DNA from: Vezdaea acicularis
Taxonomy: Eukaryota
Length of the DNA: 64,000 nucleotides
Assembly (NCBI GenBank): GCA_026025075.1
Contig: JAPEUI010000066.1
Span: 1 to 64,000 of the forward strand
Direction of reading: 5' to 3'
The notes under the pieces are model-generated. The model did not search any database, had not been told where the DNA came from, and worked only from the letters and a program-made list of their open reading frames with translations. Positions within the stretch are counted from its first letter, which is position 1; every line of letters starts with the position of its first letter. Positions 51,089-63,539 of the stretch are shown here, piece by piece. Position numbers and translations under genes: made by a program.

Positions 51089-52525
51089 ATGGCGACGGCC
51101 AAGACATATCAACCGGCCTATTCACCGCCGTTGACCAGCAGGAGCTCTCCATCGCAATTTACCCCGACGACGAATAACACTTACTCGACGTCAGCAACTT
51201 CGTATGCGGCTTCCAACTTCTCCGACGCGGGCGTCGGTCATGGATGGAAAGGACAACCCTTCACATTCACTTCTCCTTCCCCCTCATCCCATGGGCCGTC
51301 TGGTCTGAGGTCGATGCCAAGTGAAGGTGCCCTTGGGTCAGGAAAGAAACCAGCGAAGCTTCACAAGCGGACTGGCTCGACCCCAACAGCACAAGCCCGA
51401 CCAGACGAGACTATGCCATCTTTCAGTCCGCCTGTACACCGTCCTGCTTTGGCCTTTAGCGTCACCTCATCACCCTCGATCAATCAAGACATGTTTGCGA
51501 TTCCACCTTCGCCGACCACTTCGTCGAAGAAAAAGACTGTCAAGATTAAGCCACTTTTACGGAAACTGACGGGTGAAGAGAACCATTCTCTAGACCTCTC
51601 GCGCTCCGTCGTGGACTATGATGATTTGAGCATCTCCGATCCAGTGTACGGCACTGGGGTGCGATCGGCTGTTGATGTTCCATTCACTTCCACAACGAGA
51701 AACGGATTTCATGCTCGTTCTACCAGTGGAACCTCGCAATACTCTACCGGTACTACTGGTAGTAAGACTGGAGGGCAATTTGTTCATCCCATGCGTCAAA
51801 CGCCTCGGACCCACACGCCACCAATTTCGCATTCGTACCAAGGCTCAGTTCTTGACAGTGAGTACTCGGCCGATGCAGTCCTAGATCAGGATTACACTGC
51901 TGGGGAGACGTCCCAATATAGACGAGTATCACCCCACACCAGAGCTCCACCGCTTCGACTGCATACGAATTCATCAGCAACGCGCCTAGTGGGGTCGCAG
52001 TCAACTCCTTCAGTTCTCTCGGCGTCTGTCCGCCCGAGTCCAACGATTCTCAACTCCGCTGATAACATGTCACCTTCTACTAACATATCTGTCGACAAGA
52101 TCTTCAAGATTCGAAGAACCGATTCTGGATCTCAAGTTGATTCAATCCAAGCCGCTCGTGATGCATTTAATGCTCGAGAAAGGGAGAAGGAGATTAAATC
52201 AGAAAAGGAAGAAGCTAGAGCTGCCGAGCGCGAGTCACGCAAACGATTGAGACGAGAAGAGGAGAATCGTCGGAAGCTTCAAGACCGGCGCAAGATAAAA
52301 AGTTCAAGGTCCAATGCCGTGAGTGTGGAGGACCTTGCAGGGAAAGAATACTCGGATCATAGGCCCACCGTCGGGCCAGCAACAAGCCATCACGCCGGCA
52401 GCGAGCCGCAAGCTCTACCAGGCGCAAGAGTTTCCAAAGGCACAGCACAGGGCACATGGATTGGTTTTATTGTCTGGCTCAAGATGAGGCTCTTGAAGCT
52501 GGGAAGGAAGGTTAGCTGGAAGTAG
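51089..52525 (+). CDS. Ser/Thr/Pro-rich hypothetical protein with C-terminal coiled coil and amphipathic tail
   Basis: 478-aa single ORF. Conserved-looking blocks KIKPLLRKL, FVHPMRQTPR and WIGFIVWLKMRLLKL. Confidence 0.8.
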   Translation: MATAKTYQPAYSPPLTSRSSPSQFTPTTNNTYSTSATSYAASNFSDAGVGHGWKGQPFTFTSPSPSSHGPSGLRSMPSEGALGSGKKPAKLHKRTGSTPTAQARPDETMPSFSPPVHRPALAFSVTSSPSINQDMFAIPPSPTTSSKKKTVKIKPLLRKLTGEENHSLDLSRSVVDYDDLSISDPVYGTGVRSAVDVPFTSTTRNGFHARSTSGTSQYSTGTTGSKTGGQFVHPMRQTPRTHTPPISHSYQGSVLDSEYSADAVLDQDYTAGETSQYRRVSPHTRAPPLRLHTNSSATRLVGSQSTPSVLSASVRPSPTILNSADNMSPSTNISVDKIFKIRRTDSGSQVDSIQAARDAFNAREREKEIKSEKEEARAAERESRKRLRREEENRRKLQDRRKIKSSRSNAVSVEDLAGKEYSDHRPTVGPATSHHAGSEPQALPGARVSKGTAQGTWIGFIVWLKMRLLKLGRKVSWK

Positions 52526-53814
52526 TAGCTTCTTGAGGAAGGGGATCAGGTTGACCTGTCACCTGTGGTGCTGAGGAGGATATCTGCTAGACACGACTAA
52601 CTTGCTATCTCAGTCACCCGATGATACTGAATTACTCGATCCTTCCTGCGAACCAACATCATTATCTATCAGCGGCAAAGTTGCAGGCTTATGAAAGTTA
52701 TCTACCCTAGGAAGTTGAGCACACACGTGTTCCATTCTGGTCTATCTGACACGGCGTTTCGGATCCTTGGGGTTAAGATGTGGCGGTTGAATTGAATCAG
52801 GCTTCACCATCTTGGCGTTAGGGACATCTCGATGAGACCATCGGGTGAATGAATTTATGGAATGAAGGGATGGTTGGATGGCATGATATCCATTTATGAG
52901 GCCGGATAGCTGGCGTACTGTTGCTCTTAGGTGCTATAGATAAGAGCTAAACCCCGACAGATTTATCCAATACAACTATGAATATCTACTCTTGAATGAC
53001 TTATATGGAGAAGGTACACATGCCATGTTAGATAATCTCCCCTTGATTGACTTTGCCATCGATTATTTAACTTGAGTGATCATGCCTGCGGTAGGGCGCG
53101 CATTGAGGGCCTCTACGGCCAGGTTCAATGACAGCCCTAGTGGAAAAAACCCCCTCCATCAGCACAACCCTAACAGACATCACGAAAGGAACAGCTCATG
53201 CCCAGGTTTAGTAAGTCTATTGTTTCTCACCAATTTCGCAGGAAAATCCTGCTTCAATAGAACCAACAGCACATCGCATTTCTACGATGCGATTCACGTG
53301 GCACAGATAGCACAGAACCTATAATATCGCATAGAGTGGTGGTTAACCCTTGGTGGGCCAGAAGAGTTCTTGGTATCATATCGTTCGCAAGATGCAAGAT
53401 ATTTTTACTGGGTAATGTACTCGAGGATTACTGCATTAAGAACAGGACGGTGCATTAGCATACGCTACAACATAATTTGTTGTAGATGTCTCAAGCTTCT
53501 CGATGACTCAATCGTCCCTCCATTTCCAGGTTAATCATTGATCTCGAATGCGACAAAGATATAAGCTTCAGGGTCTTCAATTATGTCGTCGTATATTGAG
53601 CCCATTGGCCAAGTCTTTTCGTCGCCGCCATAAGGCTTCGGCGTGTTCCGGGACAAATCAACCTTACCTAAAAACGTTAGCGTATAGAAAAATCCGGCAA
53701 TCTTTCTCACTTGCGCAGTTCCGGCATCCGCTTCATCTCAAAAGCTCCGTTGCCTCGAGCATAGATCGTGCAGAGACATCGTGGTTGTACTTGCAATCTA
53801 AAAAATCCTTCAAG

Positions 53815-55731
53815 ATGGTCTACAACTGGGAAGGTAAAGAGGAGATATGCTATCAAATGTACATTGAGCAGAAGAAATCCCTGGAGGAGATCATGGAGTA
53901 CTTAAAGACTGCTCATAACTTCTCTCCAAGGTACGTCGTCCATCTTCCCCTCTCATGCAAAAGTCAAAGTCTCGTTGTGGGCCACCGAAATTATCTCCGG
54001 TGACCTGCACTATGCAGATTTGGTCGCCCTCGATACCTTTGCTTCTGTTCCATAGGTTTACGGTTGTTGACGTAAAACTTTGGATCTAGTAAGAGGGCCT
54101 TTCAGACACAATTCAAGCGTTGGGAATTCCCTAGCAAGCAAAACCCAGCTCATAAAAATGAGCCGCTCGTTGCTCGAGTCAAGGAGCTATGGGAACGGAA
54201 TGCGTCTCAGAAAGAGATGCTCAGAACTTTGAACGATGAGGGATTCGATATCAAGGAGCGTGAGCTTATGAGAGTTCGAGGAAAATACCGATGGCTTTTG
54301 CGTGTTCCAAATGGCATGAAGGCAACTTCTGTTAAGAGTGACCATTCTGTCTCCAACCATGAACAGGAACCCGTCGATCCGGCAATTGAGCATATCGAGC
54401 AAGCTCTCTTTGCTACAGAAATGAAGAGTGGCGTTGTTGATGCGAAGGAGGTTATGATTCCCCGCGGAGCGTCACCAGATCTGGCTCCAGAGGTTATCGC
54501 CAAGCGGCAGGCCCGGCAAGAAAAACTCCAAGCTGAGAGTGATGACCGTTGGGAGAAAAGAAAGCGTCGCCGTCGCACACGAGGGTGGGCTGGCTTGCCA
54601 GCTGATCCACCTGGGCCACCAAGATTTCCGTCGGAGACAACGATAGACGAATCGAAAGTTCTGCTTGGCCTTGACAGCAAGCTATATCGTGAGATTCGTG
54701 AGCAATTCCAGTCAATCTGCGAGCAGGATGGTTTCATCAAAAAGACAATCGCTGGCCCAGAGAGATGGCAGGCTGCGAAGGATCGTCTGAAGCGCGAGAA
54801 TGCTCACCTTCAGCAAGTCTTCTGGGCAAATAGCTCCCAAATGGACGCCAAGGGGTTGGCGCTTGACGTAATCTGTACGGACGTGACGAAGCGTATGAGG
54901 ACTCTTGAACGCAGAATGACCATCGCCGAGGCCAAGAACGCCCTTGGTGTCAATCCTGAAGAATCTCGCCAAATTCGCCATGAGTTTTACCAGACGCTCA
55001 AGGATGATCACTTCACCAGTAAGCTCGAGGCTGGAGACGATCATTGGAAGGAACTCAAAGCTCAGTGGATCGAAGGGAACGATCTTTTGAAACGTATCCT
55101 GGCTCCAGGAGACGCTGATCCCGACCACGAGAATAAAGTGAAGGCAATGGAGGTCTTATGCCGTGATGTGATGAAGCGCCTTCGGGACGATCAGACCAAA
55201 AGAGACCCAGCCCGCAAGAAGCATGCCAGCAACAGAGCTCTTGGATCCGGCGTACAGCAGATGATCACCCATCCTCACCCAGCCGACAGCGCAGATCTTC
55301 AGATCGACCCGTCTCTTCTCCTCGCTGCCGCTAATGATCCGTCTCTGACCATGGATGGCCAACAACAACAAGAGCTTCAGTACGCACAGCAGGCTTTCGA
55401 CCACACTAACGCTTTCGGCGCTTCTCAGCAAGCCAAAGCTCCTGTTGCAGTATGGTTCAAACTGAGCCCTAACTCTCAGATACACCAGATGTCAAACCCT
55501 TCGAAAGTCTGGCTTGGCACATTAATGTCTCGGACCATCGATGAGCTCAGAGAACAGGCCATGCAAAAACATCCAGGTTTGGGTCTAGTAAGCATTCATG
55601 GTATTGCAAAGGACATGAATGGGAATGATTCATACTGGAATATTGAAGAGGATGATGAGTTGAATGCTTATTTGGATCACATGGAAAAAGGCAAGCCTCA
55701 GTTCAGCATCAACTTGATGGTGTTCTCTTGA
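53815..55731 (+). CDS. Clr5-domain protein (putative chromatin/transcription regulator)
   Basis: MVYNWEGKEEICYQMYIEQKKSLEEIM...SP|SKRAFQTQFKRWEFPSK is a Clr5-type N-terminus. Intron 53931-54089, then a long exon with repeated helical units. Confidence 0.85.
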
Positions 55732-56327
55732 TCGGAAAAGCCGCATACAGCATTGCATCTGTGAATACCTAGGGTTGCATGGAATGGCGTTGAAATAGTA
55801 TGGGCACGCGGCTCTTTTCATTTGTCGACTTCCTTGAGGTTCATCTGGACAGCGAGAGGGCATCTGGTCTTGCGGCGCAGTCAGCGAAGCAACGTGAGCG
55901 CGTCATATTCGCTCCCAGAAGTAATGCCCTGGTTCACAGCAGCATTCATGTATAGGAACGCTCTATGTAGATGGAAATATTTCAACTCACTTTCCTCATG
56001 TTAGCATGAAGCACATTGACTCTGCGAAAATTGGGATATGTCGTACTTGGTTGTAAGATCAAGCATAAGGGAAGTCCCCTTGTCTAAAGTTTGTAGTTCT
56101 GTATGAAATGTGTGACATCGCGATGCCGAGGTATCCAGTAAGTTAAAAGGTCCCAACTCTCGTTTAGAGTCTGGACCATGATCAACAGCACCAATTCCTT
56201 TCCTAGCTCCAAATCTTAGTTCAGAACCACCACATATTTCGAACATACTTGTAGATACTACTAAACCTTAGATATGGTTGACTAAGAGTTCATCGAAGCC
56301 AAGTGGCCCTTCAATTGACCTGCTTTA

Positions 56328-58306
56328 ATGGCTCCCCCAAAGCTCCTAGCCAGACTAATTTCCCATCAACTCCGTCGACAGGCCGTTGCGCAGCCTTCAG
56401 CCCAACGCTATGTCTGTGCTCGTATCAGAAAAACATGGTATTCCTCGGTTAATGAGAAGGAAGGGTCCTCATTCAAGGGTCAATTGTATGACAGCACCGC
56501 GAAGCGCTTGGAACGAGAACGTCAAGACCAACGGCGCTTCTCGGAGCTCCGAGGAGAGCGTCAAGGAAGTAGGAACCTCGCGATTCTTTTTAGTAAGTGA
56601 AGCTCTGATTAAATAATACAAGTATCATGTTGATAGTTTGGTAGTGGTGGTCGCATCATCCGCAACCTGCTACTTCTTCGGTACCTTAAATCCAGCTCCA
56701 CCTCCGACCACCTCCACGACCCCTTTATCCACAGTGCCACCGCTTGTACATAATACAACTCCTGCAAATCTTCAAGCTGCATGGGCAGACTTTGTCAACA
56801 TAGTGGGAGAAGATAATGTCTCGACTGAAGAGGGCGAGCTGGACATGCATTCTGGCTCGGACTGGTCGTCGCATACGTCTGCAGTCGGCGAACGCCCGTT
56901 CGTGGTGATCTTTCCATCAACGACGGAGGAAGTGAGCCAAATCATGCGGGTATGTCACCAGCGAAGAATACCAGTTACTGCATACTCAGGAGGGACAAGC
57001 TTAGAAGGCCATTTTGCTCCAACACGTGGCGGTATTTGTATCGATTTTGGTCGCATGAATAAGATTCTTAGGTTACATAAAGATGATCTAGATGTTGTTG
57101 TCCAGCCAGCACTAGGATGGGAGCTCTTGAATACGGAGCTTGGTAAAGAAAATCTTTTCTTTCCACCGGACCCGGGACCAGGCGCTATGATTGGTGGAAT
57201 GGTTGGAACTGGTTGCTCGGGCACAAACGCATACCGATACGGCACAATGCGAGACTGGGTCGTGAGTCTGACCGTAGTGCTTGCAGATGGTACAATAATC
57301 AAGACGAGGCAACGTCCACGGAAGAGTAGCGCAGGATATGACCTCACAAGAATGTTTATTGGCAGCGAGGGTACCTTGGGTCTCGTCACGGAGGCTACAC
57401 TGAAGCTTACGGTCAAACCACAGAGCCAGAGCGTTGCCGTGGCCAGCTTCCCTACAGTCCGTGATGCCGCTGAATGCGTGGCACAAGTCGTCGGCGAAGG
57501 CGTTCCTGTGGCAGCAGTCGAAATTCTTGATGATGTCCAGATGAAATGCATCAATGCCTCGGGCATGACGGACCGCGAATGGAAAGAGATGCCCACCCTG
57601 TTTTTCAAATTCTCAGGGACACCAAACGGCGTGAAGGAGCAGATCGGCTTGGTCCAAAAATTGGCCAAAAAGAAAGGGAGCAAGAGTTTCGAATTCGCAC
57701 GAAACTCAGATGAGGCAGAAGAACTGTGGAGTGCCAGGAAAGAGGCTCTATGGGCTGTCATGGGTATGCGACGGGATGAGAATGATCATGTCTGGACTAC
57801 GGACGTAGCAGTACCTATCAGCAGATTACCAGATATCATCGAAGAAACTAAGGAAGATATGGCTAGCTGCGGATTACTTGGAGCCATCGTTGGCCATGTC
57901 GGGGATGGGAACTTCCATTGTAAGTCCCCTCTTTTATTCGGATACGTTGCCAATTGTATGAATTTATAATAACGTCGTTAATAGCAATCCTGCTCTTCAA
58001 CGAGAAAGAACGGAAGATCGCCGAAGATGTCGTTCATCGTATGGTGAAGAGAGCGGTAGAAATGGAGGGTACAGTCACAGGAGAGCATGGAGTTGGCCTG
58101 ATTAAGAGGGATTATCTTGCACACGAATTGGGCGAATCAACCGTGGATGCGATGAGAAGGGTGAGTTATTGATGCTCTGCTCATAGTGAAGCACGTGCTG
58201 ACTAGACTATTAATATCAGCTGAAGCTTGCATTCGATCCGCTATGTTTACTGAATCCCGATAAGGTCGTAAGGGTAGAGAAGTCCGATGAAAAGCATGAG
58301 TGGTAG
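56328..58306 (+). CDS. DLD1: Mitochondrial D-lactate dehydrogenase (cytochrome), FAD-linked
   Basis: Basic presequence, SGGTSLEGH, FFPPDPGPGA, CSGTNAYRYG, RKSSAGYDL, GHVGDGNFH, GEHGVG, FDPLCLLNPDK. 3 introns. Confidence 0.92.
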
Positions 58307-58966
58307 AAGCAATCCGATCTGGAAATTGTGATATCATAAGATGCAAAATGACCAGGACACCATCTGCCTTTCTTATTCAAATGCCACTCGGATTATTCCT
58401 AAACCCATTGAATATCCCACCTCTGTTCTTCAACAAGTTACCATGGGACCGAAAGTGGATTACGCCAAAATAGATAGATCGTCGGCTCTAAAGCTGCCGA
58501 AGCTGCGAAGCACACTGGCAGTATCACCGCGAGTGGCTCGATCATACTCTGCATGCTTTGGTACAGTTGTTGCCTTGCATCAAGTCTTTCTACCCCAACT
58601 TTATTTGGACATTCATTCGCTAAAAAATCCCCCACATCTGACTCGTCAACGAACTTTAGCGTTCAGCCCTCTAGCGCCCCCACATTTCACGTATGAGTCG
58701 AATGCTCTCAAAAGGTCTGATACACTGTGACGCATGTTTATTCTCATTCTTTCCTTTCTGGAAAGCTGGTGTATCTTTCATAAGCGTTACCGCTTATAGA
58801 CGTGCTATATGATTTCATCTTGGAAAGCTTTTACCAAGAATTATCCTGTATACTTCCAGGCAGCAATCAACATTGACGCTCCATATTTGCGCCTTCAAAA
58901 CTACTTGTGGTCTAATTCCTTAACGGAAGGAATTCTAGATCTCGAAAAACCTGCATCCTAGCAAGC

Positions 58967-61510
58967 ATGATGACTGAAAAATCGAAAACATCGTCAATGG
59001 ACTCGACCTTTCCAGTCTTGGTACCGCAAGACGACAGGCTCTTTGCATCAGACGAGCAATTCAAAAATGTTTTCTATAAAGACTTGGAGGAGCTCCGTCT
59101 CGGCTCCTCCAACAATGGCTCACTGGCAAACATCAGACAGCTGTATTGGAAGAATCCTGAAAAGCTCGATCTTGTCAAGTTAATGAGCAAGCTGAGGAGT
59201 GAGGACGCAGGCGAGAGCGACTTAGTCCATGAAGACTTCGAAACAGGGCTGGATTCCAAGAAATCCCCTCCTGCTAAATCCTCTGGAAGTGCCTTTATCG
59301 ATGCCCTTCACGCGCCTGCGCCCCCAAAATCTCCACTTCCAGATGACAAAATGCTCACCGAGAATGGCGCAATAGCATGGAAAAGCACAAACTCAGGACT
59401 ACTTGATCTATTTACAGAGCTTGAGAAGACGGTAGCGGGACCACGCCTAACGAGACTTCTATTCGAGGCTTGGGCTGATAACCCTATTGCTACTTTAAGG
59501 ATCATCTTCAATGCCCGAAGCATTCACATCGGTAAGGCAGAGCGCGACATTTTCTATCGAGCAGTGGGATGGCTGAAATGGACGCACCCCGCCACGTTGC
59601 TCGCCAATCTTCCTGAGCTAACAAGGAAGTCCATCAACAAGAAAGCCGAAAACGAAGATACGGTCATGGTCGAAGCTGATATTGAAGGCGAAAAGGAGAG
59701 TACAGAAGAGAAAGTCTCGGCGGATGTCAAGTTTGGCGTATCTCACGGATACTGGAAAGATTTACTTAACATATTGGTCCTGGAGGTTAATGATCATCTC
59801 GATGTTTTAGGCTCCCCAAGGACTGTTCTGAATATCAAGAATGATCAACCAAAGTCAATTGAGGGGAAGCGCGACTCCGTCAAAAGGGGCTCTACTAAAC
59901 ACAAGAGCTTGCCTGACAAAAAAGCGAGAGAATCTTCCGAAGAACCGCAAAAGGCAAATGACCAGTTAGCTGCAGAGCAGAAAGCCAAGGCTAAAGAGCG
60001 CAAGCATGACGAAGAAGCCCTCCGTCATGCGAACTTCTTGAATGCCTATAAGAATAATATCTTCTATCGTGTGCTGCATCTGACTGTTGCTAGAAGTTTC
60101 GCAAATCAGCTACAACAAGACCTTGAGCTGCTCAAAACTCAAAAGGCTAAGAACATCGACCTGATATCTCTAGCTGCCAAATGGGCCCCATCCTTGGAAG
60201 GATTCCATGACAAACATACTTTCATTGCGTCTACTATTGCCGAGCTCCTTTACGCTCCAGTCGAGCCTTCTGACCCACACAGTGATGAGCATGCACGCAC
60301 CGCCTACCTGAAGACAGCTCGAGAGTATTACCGTGCCAAATACCTCTCGCCACTCCGTAAAGCACTGCAAGTTGTAGAGCGGGACGTCTCTGCCAATGAA
60401 TTTGCCAAGATCACCTATTCGCGCGTTCCTAGCATCGCTATGAATAACTACAAAGACCTTTTTGCGGCCAAGGATTTTGAACGCTTCTCTGTCTTCATAG
60501 AGGAGGTTACATCTGGCAAATCGCACATTTCCGGTGCGGTGCTTCAGCCTGGACAAATGGTAGCTCAAATAAGAGATACAAACCTCGCCGGGGCAAGGCA
60601 TGCCAGGAAAGTCAAAGCTTCGGAGCTGATAAAAGCGAAGAGGGACAAGCTCCTGGACAAAGTCCTTACCGCTCAGTGGAACACGCTCGTCCAGCGCATC
60701 AAAGATAATGGCAAGCTCGAAAACAGCATTGCCGTGTGCGACGTTAGCGGCAGCATGTGTAGTCCGGTCTTCCCTGACAAAACATGCCCGATGGACTCCT
60801 CTATCGGGCTGTCCCTTCTCTTGGCTGAAGTCTGCCAACCGCCTTTCGGTGGGACTATGATCTCATTCAGTGCCAAACCCGTCGTCCATAAGATCGAGAC
60901 GGATGGGTCCTTTTCCAGCAAGGTCAAGAGCGTCATACACCAAGCCGTGGGCTTCAACACAAACTTCGTCGCCGTCTTCCTCGACTGTATCCTTCCCCGA
61001 GCCGTTGAGCACAAGTTGACGCAAGAGCAAATGGTTAAGCAAGTATTCGTTTTCTCCGACATGCAGTTCGACGAGGCACAGAGCGGATATGGCGCTTCTG
61101 TCGACAAATGGGAGACCTCCTACCAGACGATCGAGAAGGCGTATAAGAAGCACGGCTATAAGGTACCTCGCCTCATCTTCTGGAACCTTGCTGGTGGTCG
61201 CGCGGAGTGGGAGGCTGTCTTGAGCGAGGGCGCTTCAGTTGCGCCGAAGCCGGTGCAGAAGGACACGCCGAACACTGCGCTGGTCTCTGGATACAGTCAG
61301 GGAATGTTGAAGGTCTTCCTTGATGGAGGAGACTTCGGGAGTGCCGAGGAAGAAGAAGAGGAGGTGACCGTGGAGACTGGGAAGAGCGAGGAGGGTGATG
61401 ATGATGATATGGAAGTCATCACTAAAAAAACAAAGGCAGATGATCCTGAGGCGGTGATGAAGAAGGCCTTGGATCACCCGTCTTACGTGGGTTTGAAGGT
61501 GGTGGATTAA
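58967..61510 (+). CDS. DUF2828-family protein with C-terminal vWA (MIDAS) domain
   Basis: 847-aa intronless ORF with LTENGAIAW, HGYWKDLL, ISLAAKWAPS, YSRVPSIAM, AVCDVSGSM, FVFSDMQFD, IFWNL and LVSGYS. Confidence 0.88.
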   Translation: MMTEKSKTSSMDSTFPVLVPQDDRLFASDEQFKNVFYKDLEELRLGSSNNGSLANIRQLYWKNPEKLDLVKLMSKLRSEDAGESDLVHEDFETGLDSKKSPPAKSSGSAFIDALHAPAPPKSPLPDDKMLTENGAIAWKSTNSGLLDLFTELEKTVAGPRLTRLLFEAWADNPIATLRIIFNARSIHIGKAERDIFYRAVGWLKWTHPATLLANLPELTRKSINKKAENEDTVMVEADIEGEKESTEEKVSADVKFGVSHGYWKDLLNILVLEVNDHLDVLGSPRTVLNIKNDQPKSIEGKRDSVKRGSTKHKSLPDKKARESSEEPQKANDQLAAEQKAKAKERKHDEEALRHANFLNAYKNNIFYRVLHLTVARSFANQLQQDLELLKTQKAKNIDLISLAAKWAPSLEGFHDKHTFIASTIAELLYAPVEPSDPHSDEHARTAYLKTAREYYRAKYLSPLRKALQVVERDVSANEFAKITYSRVPSIAMNNYKDLFAAKDFERFSVFIEEVTSGKSHISGAVLQPGQMVAQIRDTNLAGARHARKVKASELIKAKRDKLLDKVLTAQWNTLVQRIKDNGKLENSIAVCDVSGSMCSPVFPDKTCPMDSSIGLSLLLAEVCQPPFGGTMISFSAKPVVHKIETDGSFSSKVKSVIHQAVGFNTNFVAVFLDCILPRAVEHKLTQEQMVKQVFVFSDMQFDEAQSGYGASVDKWETSYQTIEKAYKKHGYKVPRLIFWNLAGGRAEWEAVLSEGASVAPKPVQKDTPNTALVSGYSQGMLKVFLDGGDFGSAEEEEEEVTVETGKSEEGDDDDMEVITKKTKADDPEAVMKKALDHPSYVGLKVVD

Positions 61511-61767
61511 GGGGAGGTAAGGCGTATGAGTCTTGGCCATTTAAAAGAGCCTGAGAGGTTCCATATGTGGTGCTCGCACTTTCAAGTTATTCCCACGGTG
61601 GACTAAGTTTCACTTTCATTCTCTCATCGCACCCAGGAAGATCGCTGATGAAATGTCGACTCCACGAATCTTGCGTCAATGAATTACATGGGAGCGTGGC
61701 ACCGCTTACAAAATTCATTTACGATCGGATTTCGTATAAGTTTGCGATACAGATAGCCGTATCGTGC

Positions 61768-62966
61768 TCAGCCTTCCACGCCATCAATCAAGACCTTGAT
61801 GCCCTTTCCAGCCTTGACCTCCTCAAAGGCTTTTTCAGCATCCCAGAAGCTGACCCTCTTCGTGATAAGCTCCTTAACGCTAACCTTGCCGGTCTCGACA
61901 AGCTCAACGGCCAGTTTGTAATCACCTTGATTATATCGGAAGCTTCCTTTCACGTTCAGCTCCTTAACGCACATAGCTGTGATTGGGAAAGTAATTTCTG
62001 GCTTGCCCATCCCAGCCTGGACGTATGTGCCGCCCGACCGGAGGGCGTGGATCGCCGTCTGTATACTAGGCTCCGCACCAGAGGCATCGATTATCACATC
62101 GGCACCTTCGCCAAGGTCTTGCTCCTTGATGAGTCGTGCAGCGGACTCTTCAGCTGGCGTCCGGGAGGGCATGAAAATTCCTGTTGCAGCAAACTTGACG
62201 GCAAAGTCAAGCTTTTCCTGGATGATGTCAACGGATACAATCTTTGTCGCGCCATATGCTTTGGCCACTGCGCAGCAAAGAAGTCCGACAGGTCCAGCAC
62301 CGAATACGACCACGGAGTTGCCAGGTTTGACTGCTGCTTGCTTCACGATATGGGTCGCAACGCTGAGAGGCTCAATCAGAGCGCCCTCGTCTAAGCTCAC
62401 ATGTTCTGGAAGCTTGTAGCACAAGTCTTCGGGAAGCACATAGTATTTTGCCAGCGTGCCATCGTACGGTGGAGTCGCGGCGAACTCCATCAACGGGCAG
62501 AGGTTATAGTGTCCATCTTTGCAGCGCTCGCATCGACGGCATGGCACACCGGGTTCAAGGGCGACGCGGTCGCCGACTTTGAGCGATTTGACCGCTGATC
62601 CTACTTTTGAGACGACACCCGCGGATTCGTGACCTAACACCATGGGAGACTTGACGACGAAAGAGCCTATCGCGCCGGTTGCCCAGTAGTGGACCTATTA
62701 AGATCCTCTGATTAGGCTTAAATTCAAGGCCGTGTAAAGAGGGGATAACTTACATCGCTACCGCAGATCCCTGTAACCTTGATATTTACAACGACATCGG
62801 TTTCTCCTTTTAATTCGGGGATAGGTCGATCCTCATATTTTACAACACCTTTCGACTCTAATACGAACGATGGGTTCTGGTAGGTAGATTGATCAGTTAC
62901 GTGCATGAATCGTAGTGGGGGTTTGCTTGATTTGCTCACGACTTGCGTTTCTGTTTTTGTAGCCAT
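61768..62966 (-). CDS. xdhA: Xylitol (sorbitol) dehydrogenase, Zn-dependent MDR
   Basis: NPSFVL, TGICGSDV|HYW, MVLGHESAG, ALEPGVPCRRCERCKDGHYNLC, ATPPYDGTL, FGAGPVGL, KGSFRY. 2 introns. Confidence 0.9.
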
Positions 62967-63539
62967 TGCGATATTATGACGAGTTTGTGAGATCCAGGTC
63001 AGCTCAAAAACCACTTCAAGTAGTCGTAGTGTAGATTTATGCCAGCAACGGTCGACAATTCTAGGCAGCAATCACCAGTATATAAGGCACAAACGTAAGC
63101 CGCGAGGGATAGTTTTCATGCTGAGCTCTGAATCCTTCAGACTGAGCTACCACAAAAGTCCTATCTAGTGAGGGGCAAGCTGTTAGCTTTGGTGGGGGGC
63201 GATGGCATTAACCGAGGGGGCTGCCGGGACGTGCGCTTTCCATCGGTTCCTCGCTCTGTAGCTTACTCACTAAGGAACTATCGTAGGACATATAGCCCCT
63301 ACATGGTGCTACTATGCGGTCAAGTGGCAGAGGCGCGCATATGGAAGAATGTGTGCATTTTCTGCTTGGCGCTGATTGCACTCTCAGGCACCTCCTTGCA
63401 CGTATACATCTCTTGTGGAGGGGAAGATTCAGAGAACCTCATGATCTGCTTGGTATATCCATGGTTTTCATACTGAGGTGTAGAACGCTCTGCTTAGCGC
63501 AGGATTCCTCCCTTGGCCCGCTCTTGCTAGAACATAACG

